This document shows, in pieces, positions 48,567 to 59,278 of a stretch of 64,000 bases of DNA. Each line of letters begins with the position of its first letter. Within the stretch, counting starts at the first letter, position 1. The DNA comes from Desulfosudaceae bacterium (GTDB lineage Bacteria > Desulfobacterota > Desulfobacteria > Desulfobacterales > Desulfosudaceae). Below the pieces are notes generated by a model, which did no database searches, was not told where the DNA came from, and saw only the letters and a list, made by a program, of their open reading frames with translations. The translations under genes were made by a program, and so were the position numbers. Location of the stretch: NCBI GenBank assembly GCA_963674745.2, contig CAXXDV010000003.1, positions 928,001-992,000 of the forward strand, given 5' to 3'.

Positions 48567-49643
48567 ATGATAAGCCTCATACCCAAAAACGATGCCAGAC
48601 AGGCACTGCGCATGCGACGTGCCTTTTTGGCGCTTACCGGATATATCTTTGTATTTATCTCCACTCTGATCTGTTATTTTGCCGGCGTTACAGGCCGCAT
48701 TTCGCTTACCGGTATTCTTCTGTTTTACCTGGCGCTTCTGATTTTCAACACCGGTATTCTTGTCTCGATTTATTCCGGCCTGAACTTAAAAAGCAAAGAC
48801 CCCAGCCTGACGGTGCTGCAGTTGTTTATCGCTATCTGCTGGGCCACGCTGATGACTTATTTTATTAATGATACTTTTCGCGGCAGCATGACCGCAATCT
48901 ATATATCAATGTTCATGTACGGTATATTCCGCCTGAAATTTCGAGATTTTCTTGTCCTCGTATTTGCAGCAGTGGTTTTATATGTGTTGGCCATGATCCT
49001 GCTGCATCATAATTATCCTGAGGCAGTGGACATCCCGACCGAAATTGTTCGAACCGTCATTTTGTTTATCGTTTTGCTGTGGGTTTCATATATCTCAGAC
49101 TACGTTTCCTCTTTAAGGCGGAAGATACAGCGGCTTGCGTCCAGAGACCCGCTGACGAACGTTTATAACCGCCGCGAAATTTTTGAAATCGTCAAACGGG
49201 AAAAATCTTTCTCTGACCGTTCGGGACTTCCTTTTACCCTCTGTATTCTTGATCTTGACAATTTCAAGCAAGTCAATGACACATACGGACATCAGGCAGG
49301 TGACAGCGTCTTAAAATTATTTACCCGGACGATTAAAGAGAATATCCGCGCCGAGGATTATCTGGGAAGATACGGGGGAGAGGAATTTTTTGTCTTGTTT
49401 GTGAGTATTGACTGCAATGATTGTAACCCCGTCTGTGTCGAGCGGCTGCTGTCAGCGACAAGACAACTGTCTTTCCCGGACATTGACCGCAACCTGCAGA
49501 TAACCATATCCATCGGTGCTGCTTCCTATATCCCTGACGGTGGCTCAGTTGAGGACCTGATTGCAAGGGCGGATGAAGCGCTTTACCGGGCCAAGACAAA
49601 CGGCAAAGACAGAGCCGAATTTAATAAAGCCGGTGGAAAATAA
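48567..49643 (+). CDS. Membrane-bound diguanylate cyclase
   Basis: About six TM segments, DPLTNVYNRR, DLDNFKQVNDTYGH, RAED I-site (RxxD), GRYGGEEF. Confidence 0.95.
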   Translation: MISLIPKNDARQALRMRRAFLALTGYIFVFISTLICYFAGVTGRISLTGILLFYLALLIFNTGILVSIYSGLNLKSKDPSLTVLQLFIAICWATLMTYFINDTFRGSMTAIYISMFMYGIFRLKFRDFLVLVFAAVVLYVLAMILLHHNYPEAVDIPTEIVRTVILFIVLLWVSYISDYVSSLRRKIQRLASRDPLTNVYNRREIFEIVKREKSFSDRSGLPFTLCILDLDNFKQVNDTYGHQAGDSVLKLFTRTIKENIRAEDYLGRYGGEEFFVLFVSIDCNDCNPVCVERLLSATRQLSFPDIDRNLQITISIGAASYIPDGGSVEDLIARADEALYRAKTNGKDRAEFNKAGGK

Positions 49644-49929
49644 TTATCATCGGCGATTACTCTATCTTTGACCGGCGGTTATCCTACCCGTTGCCGGTAT
49701 CACGAATATTGAAAATGGCCATTGCCAAGTATTTTAATATTTACGTGTTGTGAAGTAATTTTACCCGGTTCAATGGCGTGCCCTGTATTCTTCGAGTGCT
49801 TTTTGAATTTCGTCGAGCATGTCTTTTGAAAAGCCTTTCCGTTCATTTTTTGTTGAACTGCTTTGCTTGCCTTTTCGATAGTTTTTGAACTGTCCGGGTA
49901 CAAGCAGGGCCGATGTCATTATTAATACA

Positions 49930-51723
49930 TCAGTAAATATAAGGCTCTCTTGGATAAGCCCTGAAACTGTATTTCATGGGACCGGACATCATTCTGGTAG
50001 ACAGGAAAGAAACGATGCCTCCCAGCGCATTCATGCGCTTCATCTTCGGAATGACTGTCTCGCCCTCAAGCACCATTTTCCCTGAAGCGAAATCAGCAAC
50101 AGGACCGTTAAAAAACAGTTTCATCTCAACCGGGGTCGAGGTACGTGCTTTTCCCCACCATTTTTGTACATGAAAATGGCTCTTTATGACACCATCTATG
50201 GTAATGTTTCCCATGCTGTCTAAGCGTAAAGAACCCGTAAACGGCTCAAGCTGTTCCATCGTAAAGCCAACTTTCATTGGAAGAAAGCCGACACGTACTT
50301 TAACCTTGAATGGCGGCATATCAATACTGCCGTTTTCAAGTCTCAAAGAAGACACATTTGCGCCACAAGTCATTGTGGTTGTGTCCGGCAGTTTGACTTC
50401 CTGTTTCAAGTTCTCAATCTCAACCATCCCGTCAACGTGCCAGTTTTCCATTTTAATCACAAAATCATCTTCCGGCTTCTGTGCGTCAGATACAGGACGA
50501 TCTTTGGTGTTGCACAATGTCGTCTCATCCAAAGGCGCGCCGTCAAACCTGTCTTTCATCCAGGCTAACGCGTATGGTGCTACCTGAAACAACGGGATAA
50601 GATGCTCGGCCGTCGGAAACACCTGGAAAGAGACATTCATACCCATTTCACAATAATCCTCTTTTAGATCCAGGGCCTGATCCATAGGGATAAACGGATC
50701 AGCTGATCCGTGATACAAATAAACAGGTGCATTAATCGGGCTTTTGCCGAGCTTCATGCCTTCGACAATCCTGTACACTTTGGGGAACCCTGTAATTAAA
50801 TCGTCTATCGTAAGTCGATCCTTTGTGAGATCTTTGGTTTTGATATGCTTATATATTTTTAACCCGTCCCACAAACACACATCCATTGCGCCTTCAAGGG
50901 CCGCACGCCCCCCATCATTTACAAGATCAAACAACGGCACTTCATTGGGATACTGGTAATACAGTCCAACGTAATATGAGAATAAATAACAGGCCCCAGG
51001 TCCGCCGTCGAGTACTCTGGCCACATCTATGAGATCAGCGCTAACAGAGCCCGCTATGACACCAACCAAATTCAAATCAGGCATATAAGACGGCTGAAGC
51101 TGGCCCACCCACGGTGCGGTCTGTCCGCCCTGGGAGTATCCCCAGACAACGACTTTGTCGCTATAGCTGAATGGGGCGTAAGGAATCTGTCTTGAAGCCT
51201 TAACAATATCCAGTGCGGCATAACCCTGGTTATAACCGTTACAGTATGATGGATACCCGCCAGTGGTATATCCGGGATTATCGCTTATCAACACGGCGTA
51301 ACCCGCTTTAAGAATGGCTGTAATATTGTCGTTTTCCCAGTATTCACCTGCCCTGAGCTGAAAAGAAGGCGCGCATTTCTGAGCAAGCCCCTGAGTGGCG
51401 GCACAATAAATAACCACGTTCCCATGATCCCAGGCATCAGGCACGATGACGGTACCGGTCACGGCGTTCCCCCTGCCAACAGCAGTAGTAGACCGATACA
51501 TTATCTGCCATGAATCAAACGGGGGTGCTTCAGGAATCACGATCTTTACTTTTATGGATTTGATAAGATCACCATGAACCCCTGCCGGCAGGGGAGACGG
51601 CTCTGTGTATAAAGACTTCACAGATAAGCCTTTTTGGGATTCAGCAATGGCTGGAGCGGCGAGCAGCAATGCCGATATCATTATTAATAACAGGACCGCC
51701 GGAGATCTATTGATTTTTACCAT
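49930..51723 (-). CDS. Secretory lipase family (LIP-type) paralog 3
   Basis: WGYSQGG, YHGSAD, AEH; 597 aa, collinear with paralogs 1 and 2. Confidence 0.92.
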   Translation of the reverse strand: MVKINRSPAVLLLIMISALLLAAPAIAESQKGLSVKSLYTEPSPLPAGVHGDLIKSIKVKIVIPEAPPFDSWQIMYRSTTAVGRGNAVTGTVIVPDAWDHGNVVIYCAATQGLAQKCAPSFQLRAGEYWENDNITAILKAGYAVLISDNPGYTTGGYPSYCNGYNQGYAALDIVKASRQIPYAPFSYSDKVVVWGYSQGGQTAPWVGQLQPSYMPDLNLVGVIAGSVSADLIDVARVLDGGPGACYLFSYYVGLYYQYPNEVPLFDLVNDGGRAALEGAMDVCLWDGLKIYKHIKTKDLTKDRLTIDDLITGFPKVYRIVEGMKLGKSPINAPVYLYHGSADPFIPMDQALDLKEDYCEMGMNVSFQVFPTAEHLIPLFQVAPYALAWMKDRFDGAPLDETTLCNTKDRPVSDAQKPEDDFVIKMENWHVDGMVEIENLKQEVKLPDTTTMTCGANVSSLRLENGSIDMPPFKVKVRVGFLPMKVGFTMEQLEPFTGSLRLDSMGNITIDGVIKSHFHVQKWWGKARTSTPVEMKLFFNGPVADFASGKMVLEGETVIPKMKRMNALGGIVSFLSTRMMSGPMKYSFRAYPREPYIY

Positions 51724-51874
51724 TTTGTTCCCCCCTTATGCTGAATTGTTATCAATAACAGTAATGATAATTTTTCCAGTGTAACCGTTTGAAAAAAGAC
51801 AATAATGTTAATCCATCACCGCTCAGGCGCAAGGGCCGCTGAGGGCTGTCAGCTTCTGAACCGCAAAACCGGGA

Positions 51875-52999
51875 TTACCTGCTGATCATTTCGCGAAAAG
51901 CCTGCAATCGGGTGGCCAGCTGGGCGGAACTGTTCGTGCCGTAATCTTTTTCCAGGTCCAGCACCGGAACACGGTTATCCGCCGAAAGAGACTCCTTTAG
52001 CATTTTGGTAAACCCGGCATAAGGGTCACAGAACTTTACCCGGGCCATAATAAGGCCCTGTATATTCATTTTATCAAGCACACCTGTCAGCAGTTCATAA
52101 TTTCTCTTAAAATCATTCATAACGGACGGGCATGAAATCATTTGGAAGTATCTTTCCGCAACAGCCGAAAGTGGATCGTCGGCATTTTCGTCAATCTCTC
52201 CATGGTAATGCCTGGCGCCAAAACAGATGTTGTCTGCCGCCACAAAAAACCCCTGGCCTTCGATGAATGAAACAAAATCCGGCGAATCACAGGCACCGCC
52301 CAATATCATGACGCGGGGCCGTTGTTCCAGGCCGCTGTCTGCTGCTGACAATTCACCAATCAGGCTTTCCAGATAAACATTGAACGTTTCTTTGCGAGCA
52401 GCCATGCCGGCCCGCACAATCCGCATATATTCCGCACCGCTGATAAGCGGCGGGTCGCTTTTGCGAAATTCGTTCAGGTTAGCCATGAGCGTCCGGGTTT
52501 TGTTGTATATCTTTATTGAGTCCCAAATGTCCGAATCTCTGATCAAAATTGAATATTGATCATGCAGATACTGAATCAGTTTCTTCATGCTGTTGATAAA
52601 CAGGTCCCGCCCGCCGGGAGTATTGGAGTGGTGCATCTCAAAATAATACAAGGGGATCTCCGATTTGTGGTACAGCAGGTCCGCAAGATTCAAATGGTGG
52701 TCACAGGCATTGGCCGCAATTACACCGTCGAAAAAGCCTGTTTGGTCTGTCAGCAGAATTTCCGCCGCAGCCTTGATATACGAACAGGTCATTTTATGGA
52801 GCTCGGCATCCGCGCAGGCCGTATCCGCAACCAAATTGGCGGTTATGCGCAAAGGCAGAATACCGGCGCTGTGGATGATTTCCTCCGGTATACCGGAACA
52901 GGTCAGGCCGACCACCGGTTTGCCACCTTTTTTCCATTGGCGGCTCCTGTCATTGTCCATTTTTTCCGAAAGTTCATTAAATACGGCAAGTGTATTCAT
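51875..52999 (-). CDS. 2-hydroxyacyl-CoA dehydratase / benzoyl-CoA reductase family subunit (HgdB/FldC/BcrC-like)
   Basis: PEEIIHSAG, CSYIK, NACD, CFGARH, KFCDP, TRLQAFREM. Confidence 0.9.
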   Translation of the reverse strand: MNTLAVFNELSEKMDNDRSRQWKKGGKPVVGLTCSGIPEEIIHSAGILPLRITANLVADTACADAELHKMTCSYIKAAAEILLTDQTGFFDGVIAANACDHHLNLADLLYHKSEIPLYYFEMHHSNTPGGRDLFINSMKKLIQYLHDQYSILIRDSDIWDSIKIYNKTRTLMANLNEFRKSDPPLISGAEYMRIVRAGMAARKETFNVYLESLIGELSAADSGLEQRPRVMILGGACDSPDFVSFIEGQGFFVAADNICFGARHYHGEIDENADDPLSAVAERYFQMISCPSVMNDFKRNYELLTGVLDKMNIQGLIMARVKFCDPYAGFTKMLKESLSADNRVPVLDLEKDYGTNSSAQLATRLQAFREMISR

Positions 53000-53232
53000 C
53001 TTTTCTTCCTGCTTTGTTGCTGTTATGAAAAAAGCTTCAATATGTCCTTTTATATGGATTTCGCCTCGTTAAATCTGCCGAATCTGACTTTTTAATCCTG
53101 TCTCAAGTTCTGGAAATTTTCTTTACGGGCCAACCGGTGATAGGGCATTGATTTTTCGGGCTAAGACAACGCCTCTCTGACGCTTTGAGCCAGGGATTTA
53201 ATCGAAAATGGTTTGGCCAGAAAAACAACCTC

Positions 53233-54945
53233 CTATTTGACCAGGTCATCATTGGCGATGACATTGGATGTATAGCCTGACATGTACATACACCGGATGC
53301 CGGGAATCATTGTTTTTACCTGATGAGCCAGGTTCTGCCCGTTCATGCCGGGCATGATAACGTCCGTCAACAACAGGTCAATCCGGTCCTGTCCGGATTT
53401 TACCAGTTCAAGGGGTTTTTCCGGCGCATCTGCGGCCATAACGGTATATCCAAGTTGTTCCAGCACTGTTTTACCGAACTTCAGAATCGCCGGCTCATCA
53501 TCCACCATTAATATGGTCTCTGCGCCTCTGGACAAAAATTCCGGCTCATCGATTATCTCTTCCGGATTGATAGCCTGGGTTTCAATGGCCGGGAAAAAAA
53601 TCTTGAAGGTCGTTCCCCGGTCCGGTTCGCTGTAAACCTTGATCAGGCCATTGTTTTGCTTAAGGATACCGTAAATCGTGGCCAGTCCCAGCCCCGTTCC
53701 CGTTTCATTTTTTGTCGAAAAAAACGGGGCAAAAATTTGATTCCGGACTTTTTTGTCCATACCGCACCCATTGTCGCTGACGACCAGCATGACATAGGGT
53801 CCCGAAACGGCCTCTTCCTCGCCGATGCCGAAGCTTGCATCAAGATTTATGGCTTCGGTCTCGATTGTAATGTTTCCGGTTTCACTTATGGCGTCTCTGG
53901 CATTGACCACCAGGTTGGTCAGAATCTGATCCATTTGAGAAGGGTCAATCATAATCGGGCTGGCAATCTTTCCGGGCAGCCATTTTAAATAGATATTTTC
54001 CCGGACGAGTCGATTCAGTATGGGTATCATTTCTGAAATGGCCTGATTGATATCGACCATTTCCGGGATAACGGCCTGTCTTCTTGCAAATGTCAGTAAT
54101 TGTCGTATGAGCGCCGCTGAACGATTTACGGTATGGCGTACCGCTTGCATTTGTTCCCGGCCGTTGTCATCCAGCTCCTGTTGCATCATGATCAATTCGA
54201 TATTGCCAGCAACCACTGACAGCATGTTGTTAAAATCATGGGCGATGCCCCCGGCCAGCTGGCCGAGGGCTTCCATTTTCTGGGCCTGGTAAAGCTGGGC
54301 TTCAAGCTTTATTTTATTCTCCTCGGTTTTTTCCCGTTCCCTGATTTCCGCCTTGGCCCGTTTTATGGCGGTGTCATTTATGCTGAAAACGCCGGCCGCA
54401 ACAAAGCAGGCGGCAAAAACGGCCAGGGAACTGTCACATATAAAATCGAAAAGTTCATAATCTGAGATTAATAATACCGGCCGGAAAAAATAGAGAAACA
54501 CCAGCAGGTAGCCGATGTTCAAAGTGCCATACAAAAAAATGACGGATTTGCGTTGATTGATGATCAGGGGAAGCAACCCGATAAGACATATGATATAAAT
54601 AAATGAATCCAGACGCGCTACCGGCCCGCCGGGATCAATAATAAGTACACTCCAGTTCACCAGCATAATGATAATGACCAGCAGGTGTGCAGAAAGGAAA
54701 AAATGGCCCCGGACCAGGAAGAGAAAAAGGTTTAAAACACATACGAGTCCTCCGACCAGGAGAATGATATTCCCTTTAAAGACATATCCCAGGGAAAAAT
54801 ACTGAGCGAACGAAATGGCTACAGTCAACAAAAAGATGGTGGTTATAACAACCAGGTTTAATACCAGGAAATAACGGGCCTTCAGCTGGAGGTCAAGGTC
54901 TGATTGTGAGTAAGCAGACAGAAGCCGGTCAATTTTATTTTTCAA
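53233..54945 (-). CDS. Membrane hybrid histidine kinase; receiver domain interrupted by an in-frame TAG (frame continues to 53161)
   Basis: [11 protein letters not shown]-box, [30 protein letters not shown] receiver; TTG start. Confidence 0.88.
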   Translation of the reverse strand: MKNKIDRLLSAYSQSDLDLQLKARYFLVLNLVVITTIFLLTVAISFAQYFSLGYVFKGNIILLVGGLVCVLNLFLFLVRGHFFLSAHLLVIIIMLVNWSVLIIDPGGPVARLDSFIYIICLIGLLPLIINQRKSVIFLYGTLNIGYLLVFLYFFRPVLLISDYELFDFICDSSLAVFAACFVAAGVFSINDTAIKRAKAEIREREKTEENKIKLEAQLYQAQKMEALGQLAGGIAHDFNNMLSVVAGNIELIMMQQELDDNGREQMQAVRHTVNRSAALIRQLLTFARRQAVIPEMVDINQAISEMIPILNRLVRENIYLKWLPGKIASPIMIDPSQMDQILTNLVVNARDAISETGNITIETEAINLDASFGIGEEEAVSGPYVMLVVSDNGCGMDKKVRNQIFAPFFSTKNETGTGLGLATIYGILKQNNGLIKVYSEPDRGTTFKIFFPAIETQAINPEEIIDEPEFLSRGAETILMVDDEPAILKFGKTVLEQLGYTVMAADAPEKPLELVKSGQDRIDLLLTDVIMPGMNGQNLAHQVKTMIPGIRCMYMSGYTSNVIANDDLVK

Positions 54946-55060
54946 AGCATGATCCTGATTTGCGTATCCATTTTATGGCCTTTTCCCATTGACGAATTTT
55001 ATCTTTGTCCATCTTCTCTGAAAGTTCATTAAACAGGCCAGAATTCTTTATCTTCGCATC

Positions 55061-56332
55061 CTACTGCATTACTGTTGTGAAAAACGTTTCAACCTGTTCC
55101 CGCACTGACTCCCTGGGCGTGATTCTGTCATCATTGTAATCCAGCTCAAGCAGCAACAGCGGGGCATCATGTTTTTTGCATAAATACCGGGCAACCCCTT
55201 CCTTGCCGCAGATATTGCTGCAGCCCACATGCTGGGTCATGATGATGCAGTCACATTTGAAGTGCCGATATAAATCATGCATATAGTCCAGCATGTCCCT
55301 GGCGCCGAGCCTTAAAAGCGACATGGACAGGTCAAGTCCCTGCCAGGCATAACCTTCCATCATGGTATCCATATCAGTGGTGTCGATGGGCATGATTTTC
55401 GGCCCCATAATGGTATAGGCCACAACCGTTGCCCCGAATTTCTTTTCCATCCATGAAAACAGATCCGGGTCGTGGGCAGGCGGAATATGCGCCCAGAGAA
55501 CACGATGCTTTTCCTCGTATTTCGGCGGGGCATCTTCATCAATGATGCGTTTGATATCGGCCAGCATCTTTTCAAAAAAAACCGTCAGCCGGGGATTTCC
55601 GGCCTGGGTCATATACCCGACATGGGGGACCCGCCTGATGGCCGACCGCTGCGGCGCCGGCATCAGGGTATAGGCATCATGGATTTCCGTCATCAGTTCA
55701 AAGGCCCGGTTGGATTCCTCGACCACCTCGCGGAAGCGGTCGATATCAAACCGTTTCCCGGTGATGTCCTCCAAAAAAGGGATCAGGGTCGTTTTGATTT
55801 GATTGCCGAACCATTGCGCGGCGTCCTTTCCGTCCGCGTTGGTGCTCTCGATATAACACATCCTGTTTTTAAAAATTTTTTCGAGGATCGGATAAGCGGT
55901 CCGGGTGCCGTCGCATGGCATGGTAGTGGTTATATAATGGGCCTCGGCCGGGTACTCCCCGGAAAGCGCCGCGCCCACAAAAAACCGGTCTGTAGAGCAG
56001 AGGTCCGGCGGCAGGCCCGCTTCCTCGGCCAGCGCCAGGAACGCGTGTACAACGCTGATATTGGAACCGGAAAAGATAACGGGCTGGGCTTCCATACATA
56101 AGGGGGCGCAATCAAAGGCATACAGCAGTTGCGGAACAAGGGCGTTTTCAAACAAAACCAACGGTTTGTCCTTACTGTCCCAGGCAGCCAGAAGTTCCTC
56201 AAAAGGGCTGCCAAGGCATTCAATCACTTCCCCGAGAAACGCTTTTGGCCCGCCCTTTGCCTTAAAAATTTGCGCGCCCGGTTTGAATATGAATTCCAGA
56301 AGTTCTCTTGTGTGTTTAAATGCCTCTGACAT
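55061..56332 (-). CDS. 2-hydroxyacyl-CoA dehydratase family subunit (HgdA/FldB/BcrB-like)
   Basis: DLCSTD, PCDG, FLEDITGKRFD, HVGCS, ELDYNDDR. Confidence 0.88.
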   Translation of the reverse strand: MSEAFKHTRELLEFIFKPGAQIFKAKGGPKAFLGEVIECLGSPFEELLAAWDSKDKPLVLFENALVPQLLYAFDCAPLCMEAQPVIFSGSNISVVHAFLALAEEAGLPPDLCSTDRFFVGAALSGEYPAEAHYITTTMPCDGTRTAYPILEKIFKNRMCYIESTNADGKDAAQWFGNQIKTTLIPFLEDITGKRFDIDRFREVVEESNRAFELMTEIHDAYTLMPAPQRSAIRRVPHVGYMTQAGNPRLTVFFEKMLADIKRIIDEDAPPKYEEKHRVLWAHIPPAHDPDLFSWMEKKFGATVVAYTIMGPKIMPIDTTDMDTMMEGYAWQGLDLSMSLLRLGARDMLDYMHDLYRHFKCDCIIMTQHVGCSNICGKEGVARYLCKKHDAPLLLLELDYNDDRITPRESVREQVETFFTTVMQ

Positions 56333-56376
56333 TGTTTTTTGCTCCTGTGGATAAATGCTGAAACAATCGCTGCGGT

Positions 56377-57501
56377 TTACCCGGCCAGCAGTTGCCTGAC
56401 GAAATTCAGTTTCTTCATGGGGCCGATTCCGAGAAAGGCATTCACCTGGCCGATATCCCGAAAGCGTTTTTCCTGGCCGAAATCCTTCATATAACCCACG
56501 CCGCCGAGAGCCTGGATACCGTCAGGTGCCAGGTCGGCGGCTGTATCCTGAACATGAATTGACACCGCTTGAGCACTGACCTCCCACCCTTTATCACCGT
56601 TTTTAACCGCCCGACAGGCCTGAGAAACCAGCAGGTCCGCCACCCGGCTTTTGACGGCCATGTCAGACAGGATCATCTGAAGCGCCGACCAGTCCTTTAT
56701 TTTACGGCCGCCCTGGACCCGCTCACTGCAATAGGCGAAGGCTTCCTTGACCGCCCCCTTCATAATGCCGGAAGACATGGCTGCTGCGGCAAGCTGCATA
56801 ACGTCAGCAGCTTTTTTAAAACAGGCCGCACCTTCACCCTCACTGCCGACCAGGGTACCGGGGGTTGATTCCATTTCCATGTCCACGGCCGGACAGCCAT
56901 GCAGACCATGGCTGACCACGGGTTCGCTCAGCGTAACACCGCCAGCTGAAGTGCTCACCAGAAAAAATGAATATCCCCGGCCGTCACCGAGCCTGGCGGG
57001 AATTAGTGCCTGATCGGCAATATTGCCGAGAACGAGATAGTCGGCCGTTCCTGAAAGACTGTATTTGCCCCTATTTTGAGAAGCGATCGGTAGTTGTCGC
57101 GTTTCACCGGGATTATTCAATGCCTGAAATGCGATCAGAAACGCTGCCGGTGTATCCGCCTCGCCGACAATTTGAATCAATCGCGCTTTTTCATCCGCGG
57201 CCAGGAATATCTGCTGGGCCAGGGTACTGGTAAACAGGATTCCTCCCAGGCTGCTGTCCTCCCGGCAGATATTGTCCAGAATGACACACAGCGCATCGAT
57301 CCCGTGGCCGGTACCACCGGCGTCTTCAGGCAGCATCAGGTGGAAAAAATCAAGTTCAAAGGCCTTGTCAAGCACATGCTGGAAAAAAGGCCCGAAGGGG
57401 TATTTATCGTTTTCCTCACGTTCCGGGGCCAGCATTTTACGGGCAAACTCGCGGCTTGCCTTGTCTAAAAGCTGCAATTCTTTTTGTTCCGAACCTGTCA
57501 T
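56377..57501 (-). CDS. Acyl-CoA dehydrogenase family protein (divergent)
   Basis: LPEDAGGTG, ERVQGGR, IQALGGVGYMKDFGQEKRFRD; AAGGAG RBS before 57501. Confidence 0.88.
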   Translation of the reverse strand: MTGSEQKELQLLDKASREFARKMLAPEREENDKYPFGPFFQHVLDKAFELDFFHLMLPEDAGGTGHGIDALCVILDNICREDSSLGGILFTSTLAQQIFLAADEKARLIQIVGEADTPAAFLIAFQALNNPGETRQLPIASQNRGKYSLSGTADYLVLGNIADQALIPARLGDGRGYSFFLVSTSAGGVTLSEPVVSHGLHGCPAVDMEMESTPGTLVGSEGEGAACFKKAADVMQLAAAAMSSGIMKGAVKEAFAYCSERVQGGRKIKDWSALQMILSDMAVKSRVADLLVSQACRAVKNGDKGWEVSAQAVSIHVQDTAADLAPDGIQALGGVGYMKDFGQEKRFRDIGQVNAFLGIGPMKKLNFVRQLLAG

Positions 57502-57535
57502 GATTTTTCTCCTTCGGGAAAAATTCGACATCAAT

Positions 57536-59164
57536 TTATAATGGGATAACGTTGGGCGCCTCCGGCGAGAAGGCTTCCTGCAGCACTCTGGAAAGCATTT
57601 TCTCCGATATTGTCTTGGGAATTTCATTTACTACCTGGATATAAGTGGGGATGGCGTTTCGCTCCAGCCCTTTCAGACAGGCCGTCCTTATTTCTTCCAG
57701 GTCCGGTTCCCGATCGCCAAAAGGGGTAACGGCCGCAACCAGGTCGCTTTCACCGGGCGCGCCGGACGCGGCAGGAACACCGTATACACAGACCTCCGAC
57801 ACGGTATCACACTCGCCGATCACCTTTTCCAACAAATCGGGCTGGATGAAATCACCCTGCCGTCTCAGGCCGCCGCCTTTACGAAAGTCAAAATAGAAAA
57901 ATCCTTCTTCATCCATGTGGCAGATATCACCGCTGCGCAGCCATCCCCCCCGGGTCTTCTCCTGTGATTCTTTCTCTTTGCCGTAATAACTGACCTCCGT
58001 TTTGTTCCCGCCCCCCATCCGGCTGATCAATTCTCCTTTTTCTCCAGGGGGCAGTTCATTGTCCGCTTCATCCACAATCTTCATTTCGATCAGCGTTCCG
58101 GGGGGTTTACCGAATGATCCCGCCGGCCCGAACCCGGGCGGATTATGGGCCAGTCCCCCTTCGACAGCGGCATACCACTCATGAATCCTGACCCCGAACC
58201 GTTTTTCAAAATGCTCCCAAATCGCCCGGGGCGTGCCGGCGCTGATGACCTTCCGAACGGGGTTGTCCAGGTCATTGACTTTCGGATGCTCGTTATAAAT
58301 CCCGGCCATCATGCCACCCAGCATGGAAAAAGTGGTGCAATTGTATTTTCTGCAAATATCCCATATCCTGCTTTTGGTGAAACGTTCGCTGATAACCGCG
58401 GGCAGGCCTTTTGCAAGGGCCGGAAAAAGCGTAACGGATTGGGCATTCCCATGTGTCATCGATAAACCCGTATAGGGGATATCGTCAGGCTGATACTGCC
58501 ACATGAAATCAGCCATCATGCCGTAAATGACAAACCGGTCCGCTTTCAGCACAACGCCCTTGGGGTCGCCGGTGGTTCCCGAGGTATGAATGATCTGGGC
58601 GGGACGGGTGGCGTCAAAACCCAGTAGTTTTTTAGGGAGTTTCGGACTGGCCTGATTCATGCGTTCCTTCAGATCCGGGAACTCATCCCGCACCGGAAGG
58701 TTGTGGTGATCCCGATAGACCACGCCCAGGACCGGCCGATCCTTGATATCGGTTTTGATTTCATCCAGGCTTTCCACAAACTGATCACCGACAATAATGC
58801 CTTTGGCATCCGTGTTGTTAATCTGAAAGGCCAGCTTTCGTCCTTTTGACCTCGGGTCTACAAGAACGGCAATGGCGCCGATGGACACGGCCGCAAACAA
58901 GGCGTAAACAAATTCCGGATGATTCTTGAGCAGTAGAATAAAGGTATCGCCTTCACCAATCCCTGCCTGGCGCAAAACATGGGTCAACCGGTTGGTGTTG
59001 TCAAAAAGGTCCTGATAGGTCACCGGCTCTTCACTTTCGTTTTCATTTACAAATCGCAGCGCGACTTTGTGCGGATCGCGAATTTTCAGGTTCAGTCCTT
59101 TAAAAATCGGCAGTTTATTGATCGGTTTCGTAAACATGAACAATTTCTCTGTCTCCTTACCCAA
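57536..59164 (-). CDS. AMP-binding acyl-CoA synthetase (CaiC-like)
   Basis: HTSGTTGDPKG, WYAAVEG, WLRSGD, PKTISEK. Confidence 0.93.
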   Translation of the reverse strand: MGKETEKLFMFTKPINKLPIFKGLNLKIRDPHKVALRFVNENESEEPVTYQDLFDNTNRLTHVLRQAGIGEGDTFILLLKNHPEFVYALFAAVSIGAIAVLVDPRSKGRKLAFQINNTDAKGIIVGDQFVESLDEIKTDIKDRPVLGVVYRDHHNLPVRDEFPDLKERMNQASPKLPKKLLGFDATRPAQIIHTSGTTGDPKGVVLKADRFVIYGMMADFMWQYQPDDIPYTGLSMTHGNAQSVTLFPALAKGLPAVISERFTKSRIWDICRKYNCTTFSMLGGMMAGIYNEHPKVNDLDNPVRKVISAGTPRAIWEHFEKRFGVRIHEWYAAVEGGLAHNPPGFGPAGSFGKPPGTLIEMKIVDEADNELPPGEKGELISRMGGGNKTEVSYYGKEKESQEKTRGGWLRSGDICHMDEEGFFYFDFRKGGGLRRQGDFIQPDLLEKVIGECDTVSEVCVYGVPAASGAPGESDLVAAVTPFGDREPDLEEIRTACLKGLERNAIPTYIQVVNEIPKTISEKMLSRVLQEAFSPEAPNVIPL

Positions 59165-59278
59165 GCATTTTCAATTAGGTGTTGCCTGTTTTTCTCCGTT
59201 TATCGATTTACAAGGCCGTAACCGGTCATGAAAAATTGACGCCCCGGATTACCGATACCCGGTCCGTTTTTTGAAACC

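Noticed and set aside
51875..56332. Firm call of benzoyl-CoA reductase (bcrBC)
   Set aside because: No BcrA/BcrD ATPase subunits or ring-cleavage genes in the window; only the family-level assignment is supportable
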